Shown one piece after another: positions 36,475 through 47,115 of a DNA stretch of 64,000 nucleotides. The stretch comes from Bacteroidia bacterium (GTDB lineage Bacteria > Bacteroidota > Bacteroidia > NS11-12g > UBA9320), in assembly GCA_965216465.1 (NCBI GenBank), contig CBDCFW010000003.1:288001-352000 (forward strand), in the 5' to 3' direction. A program made the position numbers and the translations under genes. A model generated the notes under the pieces. That model had not been told where the DNA came from and ran no database searches. It was given only the letters and a program-made list of their open reading frames with translations. Every line of letters starts with the position of its first letter. Positions within the stretch are counted from its first letter, which is position 1.

Positions 36475-37836
36475 ATGGCAATGGTAAAGAAAATATGGGT
36501 GTTAGCACTACTACTAATAAGTGCTTCCTCGTATGCACAGCAGCCAGAAACACGTATTCTTTTCGTTCTCGACGGTTCAGGAAGTATGTACGCCAAAATG
36601 GGCGTCGATAACAGAATCACGGTAGCAAAGCGTTTACTAACTCGTTTGGTAGATAGCCTTCGCTACGTTGAAGACGTTGAATTGGCTTTGAGAGTATACG
36701 GTCATCAATCACCTAAAACACATCGAAATTGTAAAGATACCCGGTTAGAAGTTCCTTTTGAAAAGAATAATCATAGCCGGATAAAAGACGAGATTAAGCT
36801 CGTTAAACCAAAGGGTACCACACTTATTGCATATTCTCTTCAAGAAGCGGCATATGATTTTCCTAAAACACCTGGGGTCAGAAACATTATCATTCTAATA
36901 ACAGATGGTATTGAAGAGTGCGACGGAGATCCCTGTGCAGTGTCTCAAGCCCTTCAAAAGCAAGGTGTTGTTCTTCGTCCATTTATTATTGGTCTGGGGT
37001 TAAATGCTGAGTTTAGAAGCCAATTTGAATGTGTTGGTAGATTTTTTGAAGCTACAACTGAAGAGAACTTTAGAGAGGTGCTCGATGTAGTAATTAGCCA
37101 AGCAATAAATAATACTTCGGTTCAAGTAAATCTTCTTGACACCCAAGGTAAGCCAACTGAAACAGATGTAAACATGACCTTCAGTGACGCTAAAACGGGC
37201 AAAGAGATATATAACTATTACCACACGATGGATTATCGCGGAAATCCAGATACCATGTACTTGGATCCCAGTTATACCTACAACTTAAAGGTGCATACCA
37301 TCCCTCCTGTATATGTTGAGGGAATTACCCTAACCGCAGGAAAACATAATACTATTGTTGCAGACGCCCCACAAGGCTATTTGAACCTTGAAATCGAAGG
37401 AGTTACAAACTACAAGAATCTTCAGGCTGTGGTCATGGATAAAAAAACGGGTGAGATTATCAACATTCACAGTTTTAATGATGTTCAGAAATACATAGTT
37501 GATGATTATCATCTCGAGATATTAACCCTACCCAGAATTACACAAGAATCGGTTGGGGTCGTTCAGAATAAAACAACAACGCTCAAAGTTCAACAGCCAG
37601 GAAAGCTCAACATTGTAACCCGAATGAAACTAGAAATTGGGATTTACAGGCATGTAAATGGAAAGCTTGAAAAAGTAAAAGAGCTGAATATTAAGGCTAA
37701 TCAAGATGTTACAGTACTGCAACCAGGAGATTATACCTTAATTTACCGAGAGACCGCTGTAAAGGAAACAACGAATACAAAGACCAAAAATTTTACCATA
37801 AAATCGGGTGAAATATCCCACATAAACATTAATTAA
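36475..37836 (+). CDS. Secreted VWA-domain protein
   Basis: Signal peptide, MIDAS DGSGS, ITDG. Confidence 0.9.
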   Translation: MAMVKKIWVLALLLISASSYAQQPETRILFVLDGSGSMYAKMGVDNRITVAKRLLTRLVDSLRYVEDVELALRVYGHQSPKTHRNCKDTRLEVPFEKNNHSRIKDEIKLVKPKGTTLIAYSLQEAAYDFPKTPGVRNIIILITDGIEECDGDPCAVSQALQKQGVVLRPFIIGLGLNAEFRSQFECVGRFFEATTEENFREVLDVVISQAINNTSVQVNLLDTQGKPTETDVNMTFSDAKTGKEIYNYYHTMDYRGNPDTMYLDPSYTYNLKVHTIPPVYVEGITLTAGKHNTIVADAPQGYLNLEIEGVTNYKNLQAVVMDKKTGEIINIHSFNDVQKYIVDDYHLEILTLPRITQESVGVVQNKTTTLKVQQPGKLNIVTRMKLEIGIYRHVNGKLEKVKELNIKANQDVTVLQPGDYTLIYRETAVKETTNTKTKNFTIKSGEISHININ

Positions 37837-37842
37837 AACGAA

Positions 37843-38793
37843 ATGACAAACCTTACCTCAATGGAGAAAAAAGACACACGATCAGGATTTGGAGATGGCC
37901 TATACGAGATTGGCTTGCAAAATGATGCTGTTGTAGGCTTATGTGCAGACCTTACAGGATCATTAAAAATGAATAAGTTTCAAAACGAATTTCCTGAGCG
38001 CTTTTTTCAAGTAGGAATCGCTGAGGCGAACATGATGGGTCTTGCAGCTGGTTTAGCTACTGCAGGCAAAATTCCTTTTACAGGAACCTTCGCAAACTTC
38101 AGCACAGGAAGGGTGTACGACCAAATTAGACAGTCAATAGCGTACTCGCACAAAAATGTAAAAATATGTGCATCTCACGCAGGTTTAACGCTTGGTGAAG
38201 ATGGGGCCACGCACCAAATTCTCGAGGATATTGGTTTGATGAAAATGCTTCCAGGTATGACCGTAATTAATCCTTGTGATTACAACCAAACAAAGGCTGC
38301 GACCATGGCTATTGCCGAGCACTACGGGCCAGTTTACCTTCGTTTTGGTAGACCAAAATGGCCTATTTTTACAGAAGCAGGTAAATTTGAGATTGGTAAG
38401 GCACTTCACATGCGTCCTGGTAAAGACGTAACCATATTTGCTACCGGTCATTTAGTTTGGAACTCGTTAGAGGCTGCAAAAGCCCTTGAAGCGGAAGGAA
38501 TCTCAGCTGAAGTTATCAATATTCACACCATTAAGCCATTGGATGATGAAGCAATTCTAGATGCCTTAGCAACTACCAAATGTGCTGTTACGGCAGAAGA
38601 GCACCAAATGAATGGTGGATTAGGTGATAGCATTTGTCAACTGTTGGCTAGAAAAAGCCCAATGCCGGTTGAAATGGTTGCTGTAAACGATAGCTTTGGT
38701 GAAAGCGGAAAACCAGAAGACTTATTAAATAAATATGGTCTAGGCGTTAATGACGTTGTAGCAGCTGCTAAAAGAGCAATCGCTAGAAGATAA
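37843..38793 (+). CDS. Transketolase, C-terminal subunit
   Basis: [21 protein letters not shown]. Confidence 0.95.
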   Translation: MTNLTSMEKKDTRSGFGDGLYEIGLQNDAVVGLCADLTGSLKMNKFQNEFPERFFQVGIAEANMMGLAAGLATAGKIPFTGTFANFSTGRVYDQIRQSIAYSHKNVKICASHAGLTLGEDGATHQILEDIGLMKMLPGMTVINPCDYNQTKAATMAIAEHYGPVYLRFGRPKWPIFTEAGKFEIGKALHMRPGKDVTIFATGHLVWNSLEAAKALEAEGISAEVINIHTIKPLDDEAILDALATTKCAVTAEEHQMNGGLGDSICQLLARKSPMPVEMVAVNDSFGESGKPEDLLNKYGLGVNDVVAAAKRAIARR

Positions 38794-38837
38794 TTCTTTC
38801 TGACCATCCATGATTATCATTAATTTTGGATTGTTAA

Positions 38838-39683
38838 ATGAGTACGTTATTTGTATACAATAAAAAGGCTGGGAAGAACTTCCAGATTGGCATTGTAGAG
38901 CAAATCAAATCGCTGCTTCCTGCTGATTTTAAGCATCAATTTGTAGATATACGTGAGTTTGAAACTTACGACTCCTCACCTTTTGATACCCTAGTTGCCA
39001 TAGGTGGAGACGGAACCGTAAATACAGTTGCTGAAAAAGCCTATCGACAAAATAAAACCTTAGCCATAATTCCGAAAGGGTCTGGAGATGGACTTGCTCG
39101 ATTTCTAAAAATTTCAAGAGTCACTAAAGCTGCAGTTGAAACCTTATTGCAACAACACAAAATACCTGTGGATGTAGGCTTTGTATCCGAACAATTCTTT
39201 GTGAACGTTACCGGAGCTGGCTTTGAAGCTAAAGTCGCCCACAAATTTGGCAAGGAAGGCATCCGTGGTATTCGTGGATACATAAAGGCGATTGTTGAAC
39301 TTTTTAAGACCCACCAAGAACGAGAGGTTAAGCTGAAAGTAGATGGAGATACCAAATTAGTTAAATATTTTAGTCTGAGCATTGCAAATGGTGCTCAGTG
39401 GGGTAATAATTTTGAAATAGCCAGTGAGGCTGATATTCAAGATGGCCTGCTGGATATTGCTATCATGCGCAAGCCACGTTTTGTTCAGATTCCGCAGTTG
39501 ATTTCCTATTTAAGAAATCATAAGCAGCAGAGCAATAACCTCTTCACTTATTACAAAGCCTCTGAAATTGACATTAAGAAAAGTGGCAAAAAATGGCACA
39601 TTGACGGTGAGCCAATAGTGCTTAGAAAGAAAAAAGAAGTTAGAATAGATTCTAAAAGTTTAAACGTAATTGTACCGAAATGA
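38838..39683 (+). CDS. Diacylglycerol/lipid kinase (YegS-like)
   Basis: GGDGTV, P.GSG, DGEP. Confidence 0.9.
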   Translation: MSTLFVYNKKAGKNFQIGIVEQIKSLLPADFKHQFVDIREFETYDSSPFDTLVAIGGDGTVNTVAEKAYRQNKTLAIIPKGSGDGLARFLKISRVTKAAVETLLQQHKIPVDVGFVSEQFFVNVTGAGFEAKVAHKFGKEGIRGIRGYIKAIVELFKTHQEREVKLKVDGDTKLVKYFSLSIANGAQWGNNFEIASEADIQDGLLDIAIMRKPRFVQIPQLISYLRNHKQQSNNLFTYYKASEIDIKKSGKKWHIDGEPIVLRKKKEVRIDSKSLNVIVPK

Positions 39684-40051
39684 GTAAGAAGAAAAAAATG
39701 CAAAAACTCGACTTGTCGAATTTCTTTATCCAATCTGATGAATCGGATGATTTTAAAGTGCTAACCGAATCTGACGGTACTGAAGAAGAAATAACTAACC
39801 TCCCCCCTAATGCTCAGAAACTTCAAGTTAGGAAAGAAAAGAAAGGACGAGGAGGTAAGGTTGTGACTATTGTAGACGGTTATAAGGGCAACCCACAAAC
39901 GCTCGAAGAGCTCTGTAAAAAGATAAAACAGAATTGTGGTGTAGGAGGCTCAGTAAAACAAAAAACCATAATAATTCAAGGAGATATTGCAGATAAAGTG
40001 GTCACTTTCCTCATAAAAAGTGGATATCATGCAAAAAAAACTACAATGTAG
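39680..40051 (+). CDS. SUI1/YciH translation factor
   Basis: KKGRGGK.VT, CGVGGS, IQGD. Confidence 0.9.
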   Translation: MSKKKKMQKLDLSNFFIQSDESDDFKVLTESDGTEEEITNLPPNAQKLQVRKEKKGRGGKVVTIVDGYKGNPQTLEELCKKIKQNCGVGGSVKQKTIIIQGDIADKVVTFLIKSGYHAKKTTM

Positions 40052-40097
40052 ATTATGTAAGTTTTCGATGAATTTTACCTTTGCACCCTAATTTGTT

Positions 40098-41693
40098 ATG
40101 AAGTCAAACCCAATAACTGACAAGGTTTTTGATTTAGCCTCAAAGACCCACAAAAATCTCAGCTTAGAACAACTTCTTAAAGCTGCAACTGAAAGAAACG
40201 AAGGTAAGATAACAAGTACAGGAGCACTCGCTGCAGATACAGGTAGATTTACCGGCCGTTCACCTAAAGACAAATTCTCCGTAGAAGACGATACAACAAG
40301 AGATCAAGTATGGTGGGGAGATATTAACCAACCATTCTCACCAGAAAAATTTGATGCCTTACTAGAGCGTGTTATTCAACACTACGAAGGAAAAGAAATA
40401 TTTGCAAGAGATGCTTATGCTTGTGCCGATCCAGAGTACAGACTAAAAGTTCGTGTTGTTACAGAAAGTGCATACCAAAATCTTTTTGTTAATCACATGT
40501 TCATCCGTCCTGATGAAAGTGAAATTAACAACATCGATCCAGACTGGGTTATCTTAGCTGCACCAAGTTTTATGGCTGTTCCTGACAGAGATGGAACACG
40601 TCAAGAAAACTTCTCAATCATTAACTTTACTAAGAAAATTTATATCATTGGTGGTAGTGGTTATACTGGGGAGATTAAGAAAGGAATCTTCACGGTACTA
40701 AACTTCACACTACCAGTTGAACACGATGTACTATCAATGCACTGTTCTGCGAACATTGGCAATGATGGAGATTCTGCAGTATTCTTTGGTTTATCAGGAA
40801 CTGGTAAAACAACACTAAGTGCAGATCCAAACAGAAAGCTAATTGGTGATGATGAGCACGGATGGAGCAAAAACGGAATCTTCAACTTCGAAGGTGGATG
40901 TTACGCTAAAACTATCAACCTATCTGAAGAAAATGAGCCTACAATCTGGAAAGCTATTACCAAAGGAGCCTTGGTTGAAAATGTACGTTTCTTCCCTGAT
41001 TCTGATGTAGTTAATTACGACGACGTTTCTGTTACTGAGAACACACGTTGTGCCTACCCTATCGATAATGTAGATAACATTGCTGAGCCATCTGTAGGTC
41101 CTCAGCCAAAAAATATTTTCTTCTTAACTGCCGATGCGTTTGGGGTATTACCTCCAATCTCAAAACTGACTCCAGGACAAGCGATGTATCACTTCATTAG
41201 TGGTTACACAGCTAAGGTTGCTGGAACTGAAGAAGGTGTTACTGAGCCACAAGCAACATTCTCAGCTTGCTTTGGTGCAGCGTTTATTCCTCTTCACCCA
41301 GGACGATATGCAGAAATGCTTGGTAAAAAAATGACCGAGAACAATGTAAACGTATGGTTAGTGAACACAGGATGGAGCGGTGGCCCTTACGGTATTGGAA
41401 GCAGAATGAAATTGAAATACACACGTGCTATGCTAAATGCCGCGTTAGACGGTAAGTTAGACAACGTGAACTTCGAAACACATCCTGTTTTCGGTGTACA
41501 AATGCCAACAGAATGTCCTGAGGTTCCTACTGAATTGTTAAGCCCACGTAACACTTGGGAAGATAAATCAGCTTACGACGATAAAGCAGCTCACCTTGCT
41601 AACTTGTTCAACCAAAACTTTGAGCAATTTGCTGCAGGAGTTAACCAAGAAACCTTGGATGCAGCTCCTAAAGCTCCAGCAAGCAACAGCTAG
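40098..41693 (+). CDS. pckA: Phosphoenolpyruvate carboxykinase (ATP)
   Basis: TGRSPKDK, FFGLSGTGKTT, IGDDEHGW. Confidence 0.97.
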   Translation: MKSNPITDKVFDLASKTHKNLSLEQLLKAATERNEGKITSTGALAADTGRFTGRSPKDKFSVEDDTTRDQVWWGDINQPFSPEKFDALLERVIQHYEGKEIFARDAYACADPEYRLKVRVVTESAYQNLFVNHMFIRPDESEINNIDPDWVILAAPSFMAVPDRDGTRQENFSIINFTKKIYIIGGSGYTGEIKKGIFTVLNFTLPVEHDVLSMHCSANIGNDGDSAVFFGLSGTGKTTLSADPNRKLIGDDEHGWSKNGIFNFEGGCYAKTINLSEENEPTIWKAITKGALVENVRFFPDSDVVNYDDVSVTENTRCAYPIDNVDNIAEPSVGPQPKNIFFLTADAFGVLPPISKLTPGQAMYHFISGYTAKVAGTEEGVTEPQATFSACFGAAFIPLHPGRYAEMLGKKMTENNVNVWLVNTGWSGGPYGIGSRMKLKYTRAMLNAALDGKLDNVNFETHPVFGVQMPTECPEVPTELLSPRNTWEDKSAYDDKAAHLANLFNQNFEQFAAGVNQETLDAAPKAPASNS

Positions 41694-41711
41694 CAGTTTA
41701 AGACTATATTT

Positions 41712-41743
41712 AAAGGGTAGTTTCTATGAAGCTACCCTTTTTT
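41712..41743 (+). terminator. Intrinsic terminator
   Basis: aaagggtag...ctacccttttttt. Confidence 0.8.
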
Positions 41744-41794
41744 TATGCCCATTATTATGAAAATCTATGTGCTTGATTGATATTGCGGCTTTAT

Positions 41795-42835
41795 ATGTTT
41801 TCGTTCGCAGACACCAAGATAGAAAAGCTCGTATTGCATCATGTTGGAAACAAGTTCAATGAGGAGAATTTGGTCATAGGAAAAACTGAACTCAACTATA
41901 CTGAAGAAGTAGAAAAAGACTTGTTGACCTACTTTTTATCTTCCTTCAAGCAGAATGAGTATTTCAATCTACATCATGAAACAGATTTAGGGCTCAATGA
42001 AGTATATAATTATGCCACTGCCATATTTGATAGTCCAAATGAGCTTTATGATCAATCTGTGAACCTTGCGAAACACCTTTTTGAAAACAGTACGCATCCA
42101 AAAGTTAAGGGAGGGGAATTCTATGTTGTATACCTCAAAGATTGCATATTAGAAGGAGAATTGCTTGATGCAGTAGGTTTGTTTAAAGCTGAAAATAAAG
42201 ATACCTTTCTTAAAATCAGATCAGGTGAAAATGGCTTTGAAATTAACAGTCAGCAAGGCTTCAACATCAATAAGCTTGACAAAGGCTGCGTGATATTTAA
42301 CTCTGAGAAGTCGTCAGGTTATGTCGTTTCTGCCATCGACAATACCAATAAAGGAAGTGAAGCGAAATTTTGGTTTGATCACTTTTTACAGATTCAACAG
42401 CGACAAGACGAATACTTCCAAACAGAGAACATCATTGCTTTTGCAAAAGATTTTATAACGAAAGAGCTTCCAGAACAGTTTGAAGCAACAAAGGCAGATC
42501 AAGCACATTTACTCAATCGAAGTGCACAATACTTCAAAGAACAAGAAGAATTTGACCTTAGCGAGTTTGCGAACACAGTTATTGAACAACCCGACATCAT
42601 TGATAGCTTCAATGAATACCGTTCAACCTATGCCCGTGAGCAAGCCGTGCCCTTAGATGATGGGTTTCAAATCTCATCAACGGCGGTAAAAAAGAAATCG
42701 CGTGTATTTAAGAGTGTGATTAAGCTCGATAAGAACTTTCATATCTATGTACATGGCAATCGAGATTTAATTGAGCGTCATACGGATGAAAATGGAAAGA
42801 ACTACTACAAGTTATACTTTGACGAAGAACATTAA
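41795..42835 (+). CDS. Nucleoid-associated protein (37-kDa/NA37-like)
   Basis: HHVGNK, HP..K.GE, KLDKG, IKLDKNFHIY.HG. Confidence 0.85.
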   Translation: MFSFADTKIEKLVLHHVGNKFNEENLVIGKTELNYTEEVEKDLLTYFLSSFKQNEYFNLHHETDLGLNEVYNYATAIFDSPNELYDQSVNLAKHLFENSTHPKVKGGEFYVVYLKDCILEGELLDAVGLFKAENKDTFLKIRSGENGFEINSQQGFNINKLDKGCVIFNSEKSSGYVVSAIDNTNKGSEAKFWFDHFLQIQQRQDEYFQTENIIAFAKDFITKELPEQFEATKADQAHLLNRSAQYFKEQEEFDLSEFANTVIEQPDIIDSFNEYRSTYAREQAVPLDDGFQISSTAVKKKSRVFKSVIKLDKNFHIYVHGNRDLIERHTDENGKNYYKLYFDEEH

Positions 42836-42837
42836 TT

Positions 42838-43338
42838 ATGGTTGAATTTAAACTGCGATGGATTGAAGACTACGATCTTGATAATTTGGTTAAACATGCC
42901 AATAATAAAAAGATTGCGAGGTATATGACCGGAAGATTCCCTCATCCTTATACCATTGAGGCTGGCAAACAGTTTATAGCGTTTTGCAAGGCTGAAAACA
43001 GCTCTTATATAAAAGCAATAACTGTCGACAATCAATTTGTGGGAGCTGTCGGTATTCATCAACAAGACGACATTATGAAAAACAATGCAGAGCTCGGGTA
43101 TTGGGTTGCAGAAGAATATTGGAACAAAGGCATTGTGACTCGAGCAGTTAAAGAAATGAATGATTGGGCATTTCAAGAGTTAGAAATTAACCGAATATTT
43201 GCACGACCCTATGGCTCAAACAAAGCTTCCCAACGAGTTCTCGATAAGCTTGGATTTGAAAAAGAGGCTCACATCAAACAAAACATTGAAAAATGGGGAG
43301 TGCTCGAAGATGAGCTTATCTATGCCATCCGTAAATAG
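42838..43338 (+). CDS. GNAT N-acetyltransferase (RimJ-like)
   Basis: ELGYW..E.YWNKG, N.AS.RVL.K.GF. Confidence 0.9.
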   Translation: MVEFKLRWIEDYDLDNLVKHANNKKIARYMTGRFPHPYTIEAGKQFIAFCKAENSSYIKAITVDNQFVGAVGIHQQDDIMKNNAELGYWVAEEYWNKGIVTRAVKEMNDWAFQELEINRIFARPYGSNKASQRVLDKLGFEKEAHIKQNIEKWGVLEDELIYAIRK

Positions 43339-43341
43339 ATT

Positions 43342-46143
43342 CTATTGTGCTTTAGTAAGGCCAGGTAGTTTTTCCTTCAAATATTGACCCGTTACAGATT
43401 CTTTTACTTGAATTAGGTCTTCTGGTAAACCTGCAAATACCAAGTTTCCTCCTTTATCACCACCTTCAGGGCCTAAGTCAATGACCCAATCAGCACATTT
43501 AATTACATCTAAGTTGTGCTCAATTACAACAATACTGTGTCCCTTATCGATGAGTGCATTAAATGACTTTAGCAATTTCTTAATATCATGAAAATGAAGT
43601 CCAGTGGTCGGCTCATCAAAAATAAAAAGCACCTTATCCTTGCTTTGGGACTTAGCTAAGAAGGTTGCGAGTTTGATTCGTTGTGCTTCACCCCCACTTA
43701 AACTGTTGCTACTTTGTCCAAGTTTGACATAACCTAACCCGACCTCTTGTAGTGGCATCAGCTTGTTTACGATAGATTTCTGTCCTTTAAAGAAATCGAT
43801 GGCCTCATCAACGGTAAGATTTAAAACGTCGTAAATGTTTTTCTTTCTAAACTCTACATCCAGCACCTCATCCTTAAACCGTCTGCCATTACATTCTTCA
43901 CATTTTAAATGCAGGTCGGCCATAAACTGCATTTCAACAACCTCTTCGCCTTCTCCTTGACAATTCTCGCATCTTCCTCCATCAACATTAAATGAGAAAT
44001 GCTTGGTTTTGAATCCACGTTGTCTTGAAAGCGGCATGGTCGAAAACAATTCTCGAATTGCGTCATAGGCCTTAACATAGGTAACTGGGTTACTTCTACT
44101 CGACTTACCTATTGGGTTTTGATCAACCATTTCGACAGTAGCAATTTCTGATATGTCACCTGTTACTGCTTTAACTGCACCAACCTTTTGTGTACTATAC
44201 TGTTGAGTTTCTCTAAGCACTGCAGGATGTAGTATACCTTTAATCAGTGATGTTTTTCCACTACCACTCACTCCAGATACTACAGTGAAGGCATTGAGAG
44301 GTATATCAACTGTTATGCCTTTTAAATTATGCTGTGAGGCTTCAACAAGTGTTATTTTGTTGTTCCATTTTCGCCGCGAAGTTGGTACTTCAATTTTTTG
44401 AACTTCAGTTAAATATTCGGCCGTTAAGCTTCCAGCGTTTTGAATGCTTTCATAGTCTCCCGAAAAAACCACTTCTCCTCCTAAATGACCTGCTTCAGGG
44501 CCCATATCAATGAGGTGGTTTGCTTGATGCATCATGTCTTCATCATGTTCAACAACTATAACCGTATTGCCTCTTTCTTTTAAGTCATTCAATACAGATA
44601 TAAGTCGTTCTGTGTCTTTCGAGTGGAGACCAATGCTTGGTTCATCTAGAATATAAGTACTCCCCACTAAGCTACTTCCTAGTGATGTTGCAAGATTGAT
44701 TCGCTGACTTTCTCCACCCGACAAAGTGTTGCTCATTCTGTTTAAGCTCAAATAAGTCAAGCCAACACGCATTAGATAATCTAAGCGATTGTTTATTTCG
44801 ATGAGCACAGGTTTTGCAATTTCTTCCTCCTGGCTATCTAGCTTCAGTTGCTTAAAGTAGTGCTGGGCATCTTCTATATTGAGTAACAATATTTCTTGAA
44901 GCGATGCGAATTTTTCATCGTCTAAGAATGCAGGATTCTTTTCTTGATTAACCAGCTTCACATAAGAAGCATCTTTTCTTAAACGAGTTCCTGAACACGA
45001 GGGACATGTAGTTTTTCCTCTATATTTCGCCAGCATAACCCGATATTGAATCTTATACGACTTTTCTTCCAGGTATTTGAAAAAGGAGTTGATTCCATTT
45101 ACCTGCTTGTTGCCTTCCCACAATAGCTTTAGTTCAGCTTTAGTCAAATCTTTAATAGCACGATGAATCGGGAATTTATACTTTGCACTGCTGTTAATGA
45201 AGTCATTCTTCCACTCGCTCAAGGTTTCACCTTTCCAGCATGCAACTGCATTTTCATATACTGAGAGCGATTTATTCGGAATCACTAAGTCTGGATCGAT
45301 GCCAATGATAGAGCCAAATCCTTCACAAGTGCCGCATGCACCGTACGGATTATTGAAACTCAAGAAGTTAACCGATGGTTCTTCAAAGGTCATTCCATCC
45401 AACTCAAAACGGTTATTAAATTGAACTTCTTTATCCGTAATAATGGTTACTTCTCCTTTACCCTCCCAAAAAGCAGTTTCTACAGAATCTGATAGTCTGC
45501 TTCTATAGCTATCATCGGTTTCAGCAGTTTTTAATCGATCCACCAGAATATAGTAGTTTGAAAGCTGATCTTCGAGAACATCTTCTATTCGCAAGGTTTT
45601 TCCTTCGTGAAGAATACGATTGTATCCTTTTTGAAGTGCAATTTCAAGATAATTACGGTCACCATCATAGTGCGGGGTATAGCAGATATACAAGGGTGTG
45701 TCAAGTGGTAAAGCCTCAATATAAGCTACAACATCAGAGGTGCTATGCTTTTTGACCTCATTTCCACTGATTGGTGAAATGGTCTTTCCAATTCTCGCCC
45801 ACAGCAGTTTCAAGTAGTCGTATAATTCTGTAGAAGTAGCTACCGTACTTCTAGGATTTCGGGTATTAACCTTTTGCTCAATAGAAATACAAGGAGTTAA
45901 TCCTTTAATCGAATCGACTTGGGGTTTTTCAACCTTGCCTAAGAACTGACGAGCATAGCTACTTAAGCTTTCTACATAGCGTCGTTGCCCTTCTGCATAG
46001 AGGGTATTGAAAATAAGTGAAGACTTTCCAGATCCGGAAACCCCCGTCACCACAGTAAACTTGTTTCGAGGTATCTTAACATCTACCCCTTTAAGGTTAT
46101 GAAGATGCGCGTTGTTGATCTCGATGTATTTCTGTTTTGTCAT
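43342..46143 (-). CDS. uvrA: Excinuclease ABC subunit A
   Basis: Two GVSGSGK Walker A motifs, LSGGE, zinc fingers. Confidence 0.96.
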   Translation of the reverse strand: MTKQKYIEINNAHLHNLKGVDVKIPRNKFTVVTGVSGSGKSSLIFNTLYAEGQRRYVESLSSYARQFLGKVEKPQVDSIKGLTPCISIEQKVNTRNPRSTVATSTELYDYLKLLWARIGKTISPISGNEVKKHSTSDVVAYIEALPLDTPLYICYTPHYDGDRNYLEIALQKGYNRILHEGKTLRIEDVLEDQLSNYYILVDRLKTAETDDSYRSRLSDSVETAFWEGKGEVTIITDKEVQFNNRFELDGMTFEEPSVNFLSFNNPYGACGTCEGFGSIIGIDPDLVIPNKSLSVYENAVACWKGETLSEWKNDFINSSAKYKFPIHRAIKDLTKAELKLLWEGNKQVNGINSFFKYLEEKSYKIQYRVMLAKYRGKTTCPSCSGTRLRKDASYVKLVNQEKNPAFLDDEKFASLQEILLLNIEDAQHYFKQLKLDSQEEEIAKPVLIEINNRLDYLMRVGLTYLSLNRMSNTLSGGESQRINLATSLGSSLVGSTYILDEPSIGLHSKDTERLISVLNDLKERGNTVIVVEHDEDMMHQANHLIDMGPEAGHLGGEVVFSGDYESIQNAGSLTAEYLTEVQKIEVPTSRRKWNNKITLVEASQHNLKGITVDIPLNAFTVVSGVSGSGKTSLIKGILHPAVLRETQQYSTQKVGAVKAVTGDISEIATVEMVDQNPIGKSSRSNPVTYVKAYDAIRELFSTMPLSRQRGFKTKHFSFNVDGGRCENCQGEGEEVVEMQFMADLHLKCEECNGRRFKDEVLDVEFRKKNIYDVLNLTVDEAIDFFKGQKSIVNKLMPLQEVGLGYVKLGQSSNSLSGGEAQRIKLATFLAKSQSKDKVLFIFDEPTTGLHFHDIKKLLKSFNALIDKGHSIVVIEHNLDVIKCADWVIDLGPEGGDKGGNLVFAGLPEDLIQVKESVTGQYLKEKLPGLTKAQ

Positions 46144-46325
46144 GTATTTTCAATAAAAAATTGGAAGAGGCAAAATTGGCCATTTTCAAGCACAATAAAT
46201 AAGAAATCTTTGGATGTTTGAAATTATTTTCTTAATTTAGTAGGCAACTTTAAATTTTAAACACGCCTATAAGTAATACCTCTACTAGTAAAACATTTTT
46301 TTTAAACTAATTAATCGGAGGTATT

Positions 46326-46904
46326 ATGCATTCTAACAAAATTTCAGATCAATTGCTTGTAAAGCAGTATGTTCAGGGCAACGAGGCATGTCTTGAAATG
46401 TTAATTTCTCGCCATAAAGAGCGAATTTTCACCACTATTCTTCTTATCGTTAAAGACACCTACATTGCTGAGGATCTTTTCCAAGAAACCTTTATTAAGA
46501 TTATTAATAATCTGAGAAAAAAGAAGTACAATGAAGAGGGGAAATTCTTGCCTTGGGCGATTAGAATTGCAAGAAATATGGCGATTGATTATTTCCGAAA
46601 AACGAAAAGAATGCCAACGGTAACAGACTCATCTGGCGATGATGTTTTTAGAAAGATTAAAATAAAAACAGAAAACATTGAAGAAAAGATCGTTCGTACC
46701 GAAAAAGAAAATCAAGTCAGAGTCCTGATCGACAAGCTGCCTCCTGAACAAAGACAGGTTCTGATTTTAAGACACTATGGTGATCTGAGCTTCAAAGAAA
46801 TCGCCGAAATGACTGATGTAAGTATTAATACTGCTTTAGGTAGGATGAGATACGCTTTAAACAATATGCGTAGAATGATGGAGCATAGCCCCATCAAAGC
46901 ATAA
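46326..46904 (+). CDS. ECF RNA polymerase sigma-70 factor
   Basis: AEDLFQETF, W..RIARN..ID, SFKEIA...S.NT.LGR.RYA. Confidence 0.93.
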   Translation: MHSNKISDQLLVKQYVQGNEACLEMLISRHKERIFTTILLIVKDTYIAEDLFQETFIKIINNLRKKKYNEEGKFLPWAIRIARNMAIDYFRKTKRMPTVTDSSGDDVFRKIKIKTENIEEKIVRTEKENQVRVLIDKLPPEQRQVLILRHYGDLSFKEIAEMTDVSINTALGRMRYALNNMRRMMEHSPIKA

Positions 46905-46929
46905 ATAAGAACTACTATCATTAGCCTTT

Positions 46930-46953
46930 AGCCCTCTTCGGAGGGCTTTTTTT
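46930..46953 (+). terminator. Intrinsic terminator
   Basis: agccctc-ttcg-gagggctttttt. Confidence 0.85.
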
Positions 46954-47115
46954 ATGGATTTTTTTCAAATTCTCCTCTTCCGAATACTGGCATAGACAAA
47001 ATCTCTGATTTATCCACGTTGCTGTTTATAAAATTTAAAAGCGAAATAAGGCAAAAACGCTTGTGGGTACTACATTTGGGCGTTTAGCACAGGATCATAA
47101 AATTATCACGAATAA

